21,978 nt of DNA. Origin: Macrostomum lignano. Lineage: Eukaryota. The position numbers were made by a program, and so were the translations under genes. The notes beneath the pieces were generated by a model. That model did no database searches and was not told the DNA's origin. It saw nothing but the letters and a program-made list of their open reading frames with translations. This document shows, one piece after another, positions 1 to 9,750 of this stretch; the first letter of the stretch is position 1; the number at the start of each line of letters is the position of its first letter. The stretch covers positions 1 through 21,978 of the forward strand of contig NIVC01000243.1 of NCBI GenBank assembly GCA_002269645.1, written 5' to 3'.

Positions 1-763
1 AATAGCAGGTTTAGTACCATCAACAGCAGGTTTAGTGCCATTAACAGCAGGTTTAGTACCATTATCAATACAGTTTAGTGCCATTAACAGCAGGTTTAGT
101 TCCATTAACAGCAGGTTTAGTCATTCAACAGCAGGTTTAGTGCCATTATTAATAGCAGGTTTAGTACCATCAACAGCAGGTTTAGTACCATCAACACAGG
201 TTTAGTGCCATTAACAGCAGGTTTAGTGCCATTAACAGCAGGTTTAGTGCCATCAACAGCAGGTTTAGTGCCATTATTAATAGCAGGTTTAGTACCATTA
301 ACAGCAGGTTTAGTACCATCAATCAACAGTTTTAGTGCCATTAACAGCAGGTTTAGTGCCATTAACAGCAGGTTTAGTACCATCAACAGCAGGTTTAGTT
401 TAGTACCATTATTAACAGCAGGTTTAGTACCATCAATCAACAGTTTTAGTGCCATTAACAGCAGGTTTAGTGCCATTAACAGCAGGTTTAGTACCATCAA
501 CAGCAGGTTTAGTGCCATTAAAGCAGGTTTAGTGCCATTAACAGCAGGTTTAGTGCCATTAACAGCAGGTTTAGTACCATCAACAGCAGGTTTAGTGCCA
601 TTAATAGCAGGTTTAGTACCATTATTAACAGCAGGTTTAGTACCATCAACAACAGTTTAGTGTCATTAACAGCAGGTTTAGTGTCATTAACAGCAGGTTT
701 AGTGCCATTAACAGCAGGTTTAGTGCCATTAACAGCAGGTTTAGTGCCATTAACAGCAGGTTT
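1..763. repeat. 21-bp minisatellite (consensus TTAACAGCAGGTTTAGTGCCA) with 24-bp and other length variants; runs off the window start
   Basis: About 35 tandem units are directly visible. Variants include gtgcca/gtacca, tta/tca and the 24-nt unit ttattaatagcagg. The variant atcaatcaacagtttt occurs twice, about 114 bp apart. Confidence 0.97.
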
Positions 764-795
764 AAGTTCCTCCGTATTGGAAACTTTACCGTTAC
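1..795 (-). CDS. Candidate exon of a minus-strand gene encoding (N/D)GTKPAV repeats; partial and frameshifted
   Basis: Minus-strand acceptor gtgctttag|GT at 796/795 opens into unique sequence (NGKVSNTEELKPAV) that runs in frame into the repeat. Main units are 21 or 24 nt. A few units break the frame. Confidence 0.4.
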
Positions 796-1264
796 CTAAA
801 GCACAGCTGAACTGCACATAAACATGCTTTCAAATTCCTAACCTTGTCATTTTAAGTCCAATTCAACCGACCGGTTAAATTATTTTCTGCATTTTAGACT
901 GTCTTCTCCGTTGCTAAAACCATTATTTGTCTAGTTTATTAGTTTTAAAACCCAGCAATAAGAGTGGTTTGCACGCGTATGTTTTATTATTCTTAAACGA
1001 AAACAACGTCGCCTGATTAGTTTTTTGCTGTGTTAATAACTGCAATCAATAAAGTATCTATATAATAATTGTTGGTGCCGTAATTTACCGTGACTAAGTC
1101 CGATATTTTATTAAATAAACAAAACTAATTTGCTTGCATTATTAATTATTTTCAATTTTAAATTAACAAGGTCAACAGCAAGCATTTGAAAATAATATCA
1201 TTTTCTTGTAGTCCTTTGTTAATCTTTTTTCTTTTTTCAATTTCTATTTTAGATAGAATTTTAC

Positions 1265-1331
1265 CTAACTTGTCTTGATGGTTTTTTCCGGTTCTGGTGT
1301 TAGAAAGCTTTTCGTTGCGATAAACGATGGG
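1265..1331 (-). CDS. Candidate 67-nt internal exon (PIVYRNEKLSNTRTGKNHQDKL) of the same minus-strand gene
   Basis: Acceptor ttcttatcacttcag| and donor TTAG|gtaaaa. The phase-1 donor matches the phase-1 acceptor at 795. No homology was recognised. Confidence 0.35.
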
Positions 1332-1778
1332 CTGAAGTGATAAGAATTGAATCACATGACTTTTTCCAGGGGTTGTTTATTGTTTCAGACTGATATTGGG
1401 TGTCCGGCCAGTCCTTTTATGAACTAGCTAAGGCTAAACAGGTTTTACTGCTAAGCAACTTTGTTCGGTACTGCAAGAACTTTGAAGTCAGGTGTTAGTC
1501 ATCTGATTGTCGATTAACTTAGCATAGATTAGCAAACGATCAGGTAGTAGCAAGATATGGGGACCACGAGAAACGATCTATGAATTTTCTAGGAATAGTC
1601 AGATGGGTCATAAGACCGTTTTTATGTCTTTCTTTTGGGAATAGGTCAGCTGATCCTTTGATCTCAATGAATCCAGCATGGCTTACAGTATTGATTTTTC
1701 ATTGCTTCATGGCCCCCTATAAATCGTGGACTTACCGAGGTGCTTTGAAAGATAAATGTTGTACCTGACGGTGTTGAA

Positions 1779-2111
1779 GCGGTGTTGAGAGAAGCAGCCA
1801 TGCCCTGACAGGACCATGCTGACTGCTCTAAGATCTCCTGCCAAGACCAGGGCAAAGGCATCTGCTGGGAGACCTCTCACAACCCGTTCCCACTCGTTCC
1901 TGACTGAGTTACCACCAACCAGAAAACTCCTTACGCTTGCTACTGAATGGACAAGCGCATTAACCCAATGGAAAACCATTCCTGCAAGTGGACAGGGCCG
2001 ACAGAGGCTGAATTCGCTTGCCATTTCCTCAATTGTTACACGACGGTCCGACTCCACTGCTGTCTGAACAGCAGCAATTGTCTCCTGGTTGAACTTCCGT
2101 CTGTCTTCGGT
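1779..2111 (-). mobile_element. Degenerate transposon relic: mariner/Tc1-like HTH fragment (2004-2111) in frame with a non-LTR-like C-terminal motif (1779-1835)
   Basis: FNQETIAAVQTAVESDRRVTIEEMASEFSL resembles the mariner second HTH (V...DRR.T..EIA). DLRAVSMVLSGHGCFSQH resembles the LTGHGCF motif of some non-LTR elements. Motif similarity only, with no termini seen. Confidence 0.35.
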
Positions 2112-2793
2112 ATCAAATCGTCTTTTACCTGCCGGATTAGAGGGGAGGGCTTAGATCTGTATTTCCGGTAGCTATCCTCCTAATTGGGGACATGGCCTCC
2201 TTGATTTCCTTCAAGAAAAGGAGTAAACTTAAAGCTGATTGTGCTAAGACGCGTCAGTAATTTTTACAGATCTTAACACATTTTACTCAAAATGTTGCCA
2301 TATAAAGTGGTAATAAATCAAGTCAGACTCGTATCATTTTCCGCTCATCCTTGATGAATCAGACGTGTGCTGGTGTGCATCCAGGGTCTTAAGCAGCAGC
2401 AGGGTCTTGCAGGCATTAACAGCAACAATTAGCAGAATAATCAATATTGAGCTTAACGTTGCAAGTGAAAGCCGGAATTCTTGCTTTATCAAAACTTTCC
2501 AGGCTGCAACAAAGTGCGCACAGACTTGCTGATAATGTAACATGCGCGAAGCTTGTGCCCGGCAAATGCGCTTGCGCAAGCTTTGCTTATAAACTAGCTT
2601 GTTGGTCCTTTGGCGATCAAACGAAGCGATATGCAGCTGCAGCTTTACGTGTAAGGTATAAATGTATATATAGTGTCATGCGTTATAAAATGCTTATGCA
2701 AAGATTGTTGCTGGCTTGACTTAACTAGGCTCGGCTTTAGGTGTTAGCAGCAAAGCTGGATATCTACTTACTAGTTACAGATATTTCGAAGAA

Positions 2794-2827
2794 ATGCGTT
2801 GTCTAGGCTTAGTCATAGTGAGCTTTG
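2794..2827 (+). CDS. Cysteine protease gene, coding exon 1 (signal peptide start MRCLGLVIVSF)
   Basis: ATG at 2794 and strong phase-1 donor TTTG|gtaagt. Joining to 3228 gives the hydrophobic leader MRCLGLVIVSFVLLQISGCASA. Confidence 0.8.
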
Positions 2828-3227
2828 GTAAGTTTTGACTGTCTCTAAATGAGTATAATAATCGTTAAATCAATGTTGAGCTTGTACTGAAACAGAGTTG
2901 TCGTATCGCTAGTGCATTTAGTATGCTCTATAGAGAGAACACAGCTCTGAATATGCATCGCGTTTCTCAATGGACCAATTCGGTCGATAGATAGTAATTC
3001 GCTCTAGAAAAGTCCAATTTCTCTAATATACATTCGTTATCAGTCTCCAGCATCCTACTTCAGTTTTCGAATATATGTACATGTTATCCGTGGGAATTAA
3101 GTATAAGTTACCTATAGAGTAATAAATATTGGAGCTCAGTCGATGGATATTCTGATGTCGCTCTGTTATTTCGGCATAAGAAGCTTAAGTTATTTTACTC
3201 ATTCGCCATTTTATTTTCCTATTCCAG

Positions 3228-4037
3228 TCCTGCTCCAGATCAGTGGATGCGCCTCAGCGGACGCAGTGCTGCGTCACGAGAGTCAGGGTCCACCTACGCC
3301 GCCGCCGATGCCGAAGTTCTACACCGTCAGCGGAACCATCGAGCTGCCGTACGCCGAAATCTCCGAGCCGTTCTCCGCTTACGTTGACAATGAGAAGCAG
3401 CTATCTAGGATCGACTATTACTCGGGCATGGTGCAGAGCTTCAACTTTGCTAACGCTTCGCACTCTGGCTACTTGCTTCATCCGGTATCTACAGAGACTG
3501 AGAAGAACAAGCGAGACTGCTACCAACTGGCCGGGGTGTACAATGTCCAGAATGTACTGCCAGACGCCAGCTACTTCACCTATAGCCGCGCCGAGGAAGT
3601 TCGCGGTGTGATGTGCAACGTCTTTGTTAACAAGACTGTCTTCGCCGACAAGGTGAACACTTACACTCTGTGGGTCGGGCAGAAAGACAACAGGCCCTAC
3701 CGCTACGACATGATTGGCTACGATTCTTTGCTTGGCTCGCACTACGATCGCTACTATGTTGAGTACATGGAGTATGACGATAAGACGCGGCCGCAGGCTA
3801 AGGACTTTGAGGTGAAGGCGCCGAAACCTGCCATCCGGCGCCTCCGAGTGACGGCGTCGCTGCTTTGAACCCGCTGTCGGAGCTGGTTAGCGGCGGCGAT
3901 CATCGCTCGGTCGACGCTCATTTCCAACGATTCCAGACCGTTCATCGCCGCTTCAAGCCCTACGACAGCCAGGTAGAAGAGAGGAGACGAACTCATGCAT
4001 TTCGTCAGAATCTGCGCTACATCCATTCGAAGAACAG
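3228..4037 (+). CDS. Cysteine protease gene, coding exon 2 (26/29-kDa proteinase N-terminal domain and start of I29 prodomain); 1-nt deletion near 3822
   Basis: Acceptor ttttcctattccag|. Reads YTVSGTIELPYAEISEPF...SRIDYYSG...YDMIGYDSLLGSHYDRY. After a -1 shift at gcgccgaaacc it reads ETCHP...NPLSEL...FRQNLRYIHSKNR. Phase-2 donor AACAG|gtgaat. Confidence 0.9.
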
Positions 4038-4500
4038 GTGAATTCACATTCATACTTACTCAAAGTGTGATTCACAATCACCAGGTTTCGGTCCGGTTCA
4101 CACGAAAAACTTGAAAGTTTGGTATTCAGGCTAGCTTTTAGGTTACCCTTAGCTGGACCTGAGCCAAATCAGACTCAAACGATGTAAACCTATCTGGATT
4201 TTTGTATAGTAGCTTGCCAAGCATCTAAGGGTAAGTTATAGGGTATTCTGGATGTCGATGCTCAAAGGGGTGTTGATATCTTAAGCTAGTAGAAAGCTTG
4301 ATAATCGGAGTAATTCTTTACTGCTTTAAAAAATCTCAAGCTCTAGGAAACAAACAATAGAAAAGTATTTACCTTAGTGGTAAAGTAGTTTCCCTTCTTT
4401 TGTTGCCGCCACCTTTAGTAGTGTTAAACCGCCTACATGAATTTCTCTCGTATACTGTTACATCATGTTAGCATAGTTGCATTTGTTCAACATTTCACAG

Positions 4501-5313
4501 GGCCGGTCTGCCCTACAAGCTGGCTGTGAACCACCTGGCCGACCAGTCCAGGGACGAGCTCCGCACTCGATCGCGTTGTCGCAAGAGCCGCGGCGGCGTA
4601 TTGGAATCTGCCGGCAGGGCAACTCGACATCCGTTTACTGTGCCCAGCTCTGGAGACAGTCTGCCGGACAACTGGGACTGGCGAATCCTGGGCGGCGTGT
4701 CGCCAGTCAAAGACCAGGGAATCTGCGGCTCGTGCTGGTCGTTCGGCGCTGCCGGAGTGTTGGAGGGCGCCTATTTTGTTAAAACTGGAAAACGAGTCCG
4801 CTTCTCTCAGCAGCAGCTGGTTGACTGCTCCTGGGGATTCGGCAACAACGGCTGCAACGGTGGTGAAGACGTTCCGTCCTACTCCTACATGCAGAAGCAT
4901 GGCCTGGCGTTCGAGGAGGACTACGGGCCTTACCTTATGCAGGACGCGTACTGCCACGCAGAGAAGGTGAACTCGTCTGTCAACGTGACTGGCTACATCC
5001 AGGTGCCGCCGAACAATATTACGGCGATGAAGGCTGCTCTATTCACAGTGGCCCTATTAGCGTTTCCATCGACGCGTCGCACCTGTCCTTCGTGTTCTAC
5101 AGTTCGGGTGTCTATTTTGAGCCGGCCTGTAGCAGCACGGATTTGGACCACTCCGTCTTGGCTGTTGGATACGGCGTGCTAAACGGCGAGCCCTACTGGC
5201 TGGTGAAGAACAGCTGGAGCTTCTACTGGGGCAACAACGGCTACGTTCTGATGTCGACGAAGAACAACAATTGCGGCGTTACAACTGATGCCACCTTTCC
5301 TACATTGGCTTAA
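4501..5313 (+). CDS. Cysteine protease gene, coding exon 3 (papain-family C1A catalytic domain, 26/29-kDa proteinase/CfaD-like); 1-nt deletion near 5045
   Basis: Acceptor catttcacag|. Contains [30 protein letters not shown] (catalytic Cys), [13 protein letters not shown], then after a -1 shift [21 protein letters not shown] (His), YWLVKNSW (Asn). TAA at 5311-5313. The repaired spliced CDS is 1659 nt (552 aa). Confidence 0.95.
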
Positions 5314-5578
5314 CTTATTGGAGTCTACGAGCGTATCTTGCTTCTAGTAGACGTTTGACCGTTTTCTAATGCAGTAAAGCAAATCATTAGGCTAGAGACT
5401 GACAAGAAGCAGCAATACTTTGATGCGTTAAGTATAGAAGCTATCTACTTGATTTTAATTTCCATTTTCCACCCATTTTACTAATTGATCATCCGTATTG
5501 CAAAAGGAATGAGTGAAACAGATCATTGTTGCGCTAATTCTAAAATAATTTTTGGCACTCAAGTTGAAGATTGATTAA

Positions 5579-5584
5579 AATAAA
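5579..5584 (+). promoter_or_regulatory. Candidate polyadenylation signal AATAAA for the protease gene
   Basis: AATAAA about 265 nt after the stop codon, followed by AT-rich sequence. It is a common hexamer in this composition. Confidence 0.4.
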
Positions 5585-6002
5585 GTTGAAAATGGTACTC
5601 CTATACATGTACTAAAAATTGTATTTTAATTATATTGTTTGTCGATTTCTAAATTGCCCAGCCAGTCTGAAAAGAGTCAAGCATTTTGATTTCTCCAATG
5701 GAAATAACTTTCTGGAAAGCTTCTTATCTTACGATATGTTGGTAGTTCAACCGCCGAGTCCCTACACTGGCCCAACGACTCCCGTAAATCTAGCCGCATC
5801 CATCCTCATAAAAAATTTAAATGTTTGCGACAGCTATAAATCTGGGTAATTTGCAAAGATTTAGACACTTTATTTATGCATCAGAAGGTTCAAAGCGTTC
5901 CATGTACTTGGCTTGTCTGTGGGGAGGCGTTAAAAATTAGTTACGTGCGGATAGCGTGCGGATGGCTTGTTTTTGGGGCTTAGGAATTTTAAGCTTTGGG
6001 CA

Positions 6003-6359
6003 ATTCTTGCGACAGTTGCTGATTCTTATAGTCCATCAAGTCCTGTAACCAAGGACAAATTCTCACAACTGGAAGTTCAATGGTTCGGTCAGCAGAGGAC
6101 TTTATATCCTTGCAAAAGAAGCTGTCGCAAATGCGCCAGTTTCTCAATTATACTCTTTGGACATCTGGCAATTGAAAATGCCAGCTGTCGCAATGTACAG
6201 CTCTGAAAAAGTCGAGTGTCGCAAGCGAAATAAAAAATTCGACATTTTTTAAAGTTTTAAAGTCCTCTGCTGACCGAACCATTGAACTTCCAGTTGTGAG
6301 AATTTGTCCTTGGTTACAGGACTTGATGGACTATAAGAATCAGCAACTGTCGCAAGAAT
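6003..6359. repeat. Perfect 102-bp inverted repeat (6003-6104 and 6258-6359) around a 153-bp spacer; foldback/MITE-like
   Basis: Base-by-base comparison shows the right arm is the exact reverse complement of the left arm. Confidence 0.95.
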
Positions 6360-6786
6360 GATCGAGACCGTCCTCTTATACAACGCCGAGACCTGGACGC
6401 TGATAGACTCGCTCGAGGCTCAAGTCGACGCGGCGGCGCCTTCAAGATCGGCAACGAGCGAGTCACCAACACGGCGCTCTATCATCGCGCTGGCCTGGCC
6501 CGTCCTAGCGATCTGCTGCGCCGTCGGCGACTCCAGCTGGTAGGCCACGTCATCCGCGCCGAGGCCTACTGTCCGGAGCCGGTGCAGGAGGTGCTGCTAC
6601 TTACGTTGCAGGCACCCTACCGGCGGGGACAGGCGAGGACTCGGCGCTACGTCGACTGTCTGCTGGCTGACGCCGGCGCCCCGGACTCTGCCGGCGGTGC
6701 GGCCTTTGTTCGCGCCCAAGCTTCGAAGCGCGCCATCTGACGCTGCTTTTGCGAACTGACAGCGTACTCTGTTGTTGTTGTTGTTG
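6360..6786 (+). mobile_element. 5'-truncated RTE-like non-LTR retrotransposon (ORF C-terminus, 3' UTR, (GTT)n tail)
   Basis: IETVLLYNAETWTL matches the post-RT motif of RTE-clade elements. After a small internal deletion the frame reads AFKIGNERVTNTALY...LLRRRRLQLVGHVIR...TGA (6738-6740). The tail tgttgttgttgttgttg spans 6770-6786. Confidence 0.85.
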
Positions 6787-8611
6787 GAATTGACATTGCA
6801 ATTTACACAGTAACCTGTGCATGAAAAAGAATATTTAATTTATTCCTTATCAACACATCCCTGCATTTATTTGCTGGCTATATAGTAAATATTTTCTGCA
6901 TTTTTGTCCTAAAGTTAAAAACTAGAGGCAAATGGGACTCTTGAATAATGCCGCGCTAAGTCACCGATTCAAACAAATTGTTTTTAGTGTTGCAGATTGT
7001 GAGGTTGATTTTCGATCAATTTTCAAGCCGGCACGAGAGTAAGTTCAAAGAATTTAATTAGTTATTGCGCTAAATTTCTGCAACAAATATTAGACCTTTA
7101 TAGCTTTTTAAAACTAAAGCTAAGAAAACAATCAAATTTTATTTTACCCTCCTCTACAGCGCTAAAAATTATGTACAAAATATTTGTTTGAAATGAAGCC
7201 TCCTAAAATCTTGCAAACGGAGGTTTCATTTTCTATGAAACAATCATTAAGTGTAGGCCTAATCCACGTGCAGCATTGTGACAGCAAGTAGGCCCAACGA
7301 CAAAAGTTAGCATTCTTAATATTTAGCTAAGTCTGCATTTCTGCTTTTCAAAATTGACCTAACAATCAAAATAAATCTGTAATAGGACATCATTCTGTGT
7401 ATAGTGTATCAAAGCAATATCAAAACAAGCAAAAAGCAAATGAGCAGAGTCACATAGTGCAATAGTCATACTATACTATAGTCATATAGGCTTTTCATAT
7501 TACCGTCATAATACCGATTCCAGAACCAGAATCGTGCAAATTAATACATCGTCTGACTTTTTCACTTTGGTTGTACATCATTGGATGTGTGTGCTAGGCC
7601 CTAGGGGCCTACCTAGTCAAATTACCAAGTGTAACTTTTGAAACAAGGCATTGGAGGATGATAGGCCTAGTCATGTTTGTTAGTTGCTTGATATTTAGGT
7701 GATGTTTTGATGATTCATATTAATTTTGTGATTGCAAAAATAATCAATTGATAATTGCTTGTTTAAAAAAAGACATGCAAAGTGCAAACATGTTTTATGA
7801 TAAATTTTATAATTGATTAGGCCTAATACTTAATAGGCTTTTCATATTACCAATTCCAGAACCAGACATGGTTCAAAGCTTTTCATATTGTCTATTCCAT
7901 TTTTAGAATCAGTTCCTAAATTGTGATCCAATTCTGGAATTCAGTTTGAGAAATTTACTCAATCCTGGTCAGATTGTCATATTCCATTTTGTCATATTGG
8001 ATGACGAAGTGACCAGAAGCAAAGTATCTTGAAAAATTAATTTGACAAAGTGACCAAATATTTAGTTATTCTAGATACTTCTTCATCAACCAATTAATCT
8101 GTGTGAGATCCGAGTTAGTATAAACCATTTTTTGTTTTTATTAACCACACTACTATTAAGCTGCAGCAAACAGAACTGATCGATTGATAGGTTTTATCAA
8201 TCGAGATGACAAAATGACTGGGATCATTAGGATTTCCAAGTAAATATGTTTGATTGCCACATTAATTCACTTGAATTTGGAACTATTGGTGGAAGACAAA
8301 AATGACTCTCTTCAGGTAGGCCTAGTGTATGCTAATTAGGCCTAAGATGATGAAGTAACCAAAGTTGAGGTGAACATTCCAGACACCCAGATGATGAAAT
8401 GGCAGATAACAAAATGACTAGGAACCTTCAAATAAGTCTTCCAATTGCAATTCTTATCCAATTATTCCAATTGGATACCATCTGGCATGGCAGTGCACCT
8501 AAGAAATTTGGTAGGTGCAGGTATAGGCAGATGTGTGCATGCGTAAGTGTGCTTAGTTATAGGTATCCCCATGTATATGTGGGCATGCGCACATGAGTGC
8601 ATGGCCTATGC

Positions 8612-8827
8612 CAGTAGTTCTCAACCTTTTTTCAGGTGACCTTAATTTATTCACTTGCAACTTGCATTGCATCATTTTTTAATGTTTGTAACCCCTTTTA
8701 TAATCAATATAATGCATCATTAAGTATGATATACTCATACAATGTTTATTATTTCTTAGTGTTGCAACCTCAAAAATGGTTATATAACCCCACTGGGGGT
8801 CATAACCCACAAGTTGAAAAACTACTG
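8612..8827. mobile_element. hAT (Charlie-like) MITE, 216 bp
   Basis: Termini CAGTAGTTCTCAACC and GTTGAAAAACTACTG. Subterminal GGGGTCATAACCCACA. 8-bp TSD GCCTATGC/GCCTATGT (7/8). These are typical hAT hallmarks. Confidence 0.88.
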
Positions 8828-9388
8828 GCCTATGTTCTATTTGCAAAATGAAAAGGCAAATGTTAAAATCTTAAAAAGTAATTAAAAATCCTAACATTCA
8901 ACATTATTAGCCAAATAGGGTTATTGTTTAGCCATTCTTTTTATCTCATACAATAAATGCTTAGATATAAAAATTTATTAATACTTAATTTATTAGGGAG
9001 GGCCTAATACTAAAAATGTAAATATAGTACAATTATTATTTATAATAAATTTTGTTAAATTGTATCATGTTTTTTAGAAATCATACATGCAAAACTGCTA
9101 GCTAATCTGGCCACTGTAAATTGTATTGGACTAGCAAGAAGTCACAAAAATGCTTACCCAAAAATAATATAGAGGTAGTACTAATTAGATAATGAGGCAT
9201 TTAGCCTTAATAAGACAGTTATAGTTGACTCTAGCCATTTACCTAGTTGCAAATGCACATAAGTAACTTAACTCTTTTCAGTCTTGCACAAGTGTCCAAG
9301 CCATTTATTCTGATATGCTGTGCAGGTGCAGCCCTTTGAAGTACCCCTGCATGGTGTCTATGGGTTTTGGTGATTATATTCCAATAGG

Positions 9389-9750
9389 GAGCCTCTTCAC
9401 GGCAATTGGTTCTAGAACCAGAATAAATTCGAGTTCTAGAACCAGAACCAGTGTGAAATAAGGAGCTTTGAACCCATTTTATGTTTGACAGTCTTTACAA
9501 TTTAATTTTGTCATTCTTTGACTTTGTTTCCTTTTGGATATGACAAAAAAGGATAATTTTATAACAATAATAAAAAAATTGATGATTTCAAATATATTTT
9601 ACTGTTAAAGTGTAAACATGACAACGGTTCAAGAAAATTTCTTGAACCATATTCTAGAACCAGAACCATGTTCCAGAACTGATTCTGTTTTTCAAACCAT
9701 CAATATGAAGAGCGTCGAACCAGTTTGGAACCGGCGATATGAAGAGGCTC
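9389..9750. mobile_element. MITE, 362 bp, with 11-bp TIR GAGCCTCTTCA and 3-bp TSD AGG
   Basis: Perfect 11-bp inverted ends flanked by agg on both sides. The interior is rich in GGTTCT/AGAACC motifs, including the palindromes GGTTCTAGAACC and ggttcaagaa-aat-ttcttgaacc. Confidence 0.6.

Noticed and set aside
205-660. Plus-strand LVPLTAG-repeat ORF
   Set aside because: It has no start or splice context, and its unit variants are less conservative than in the minus frame.
1-763. Telomere-like GGTTTAG word in the 21-bp repeat
   Set aside because: There is one copy per unit with no tandem TTAGGG or TTTAGGG, so it is not a telomeric or interstitial telomeric array.
3143-3227. N-terminal extension MDILMSLCYF... 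of the 241-aa ORF
   Set aside because: It is AT-rich intron ending in a clear acceptor, and the upstream exon at 2794 gives a proper signal peptide.
3401-4970. Antisense and alternative-frame ORFs overlapping the protease exons
   Set aside because: They are shadows of GC-rich coding sequence with no independent motifs.
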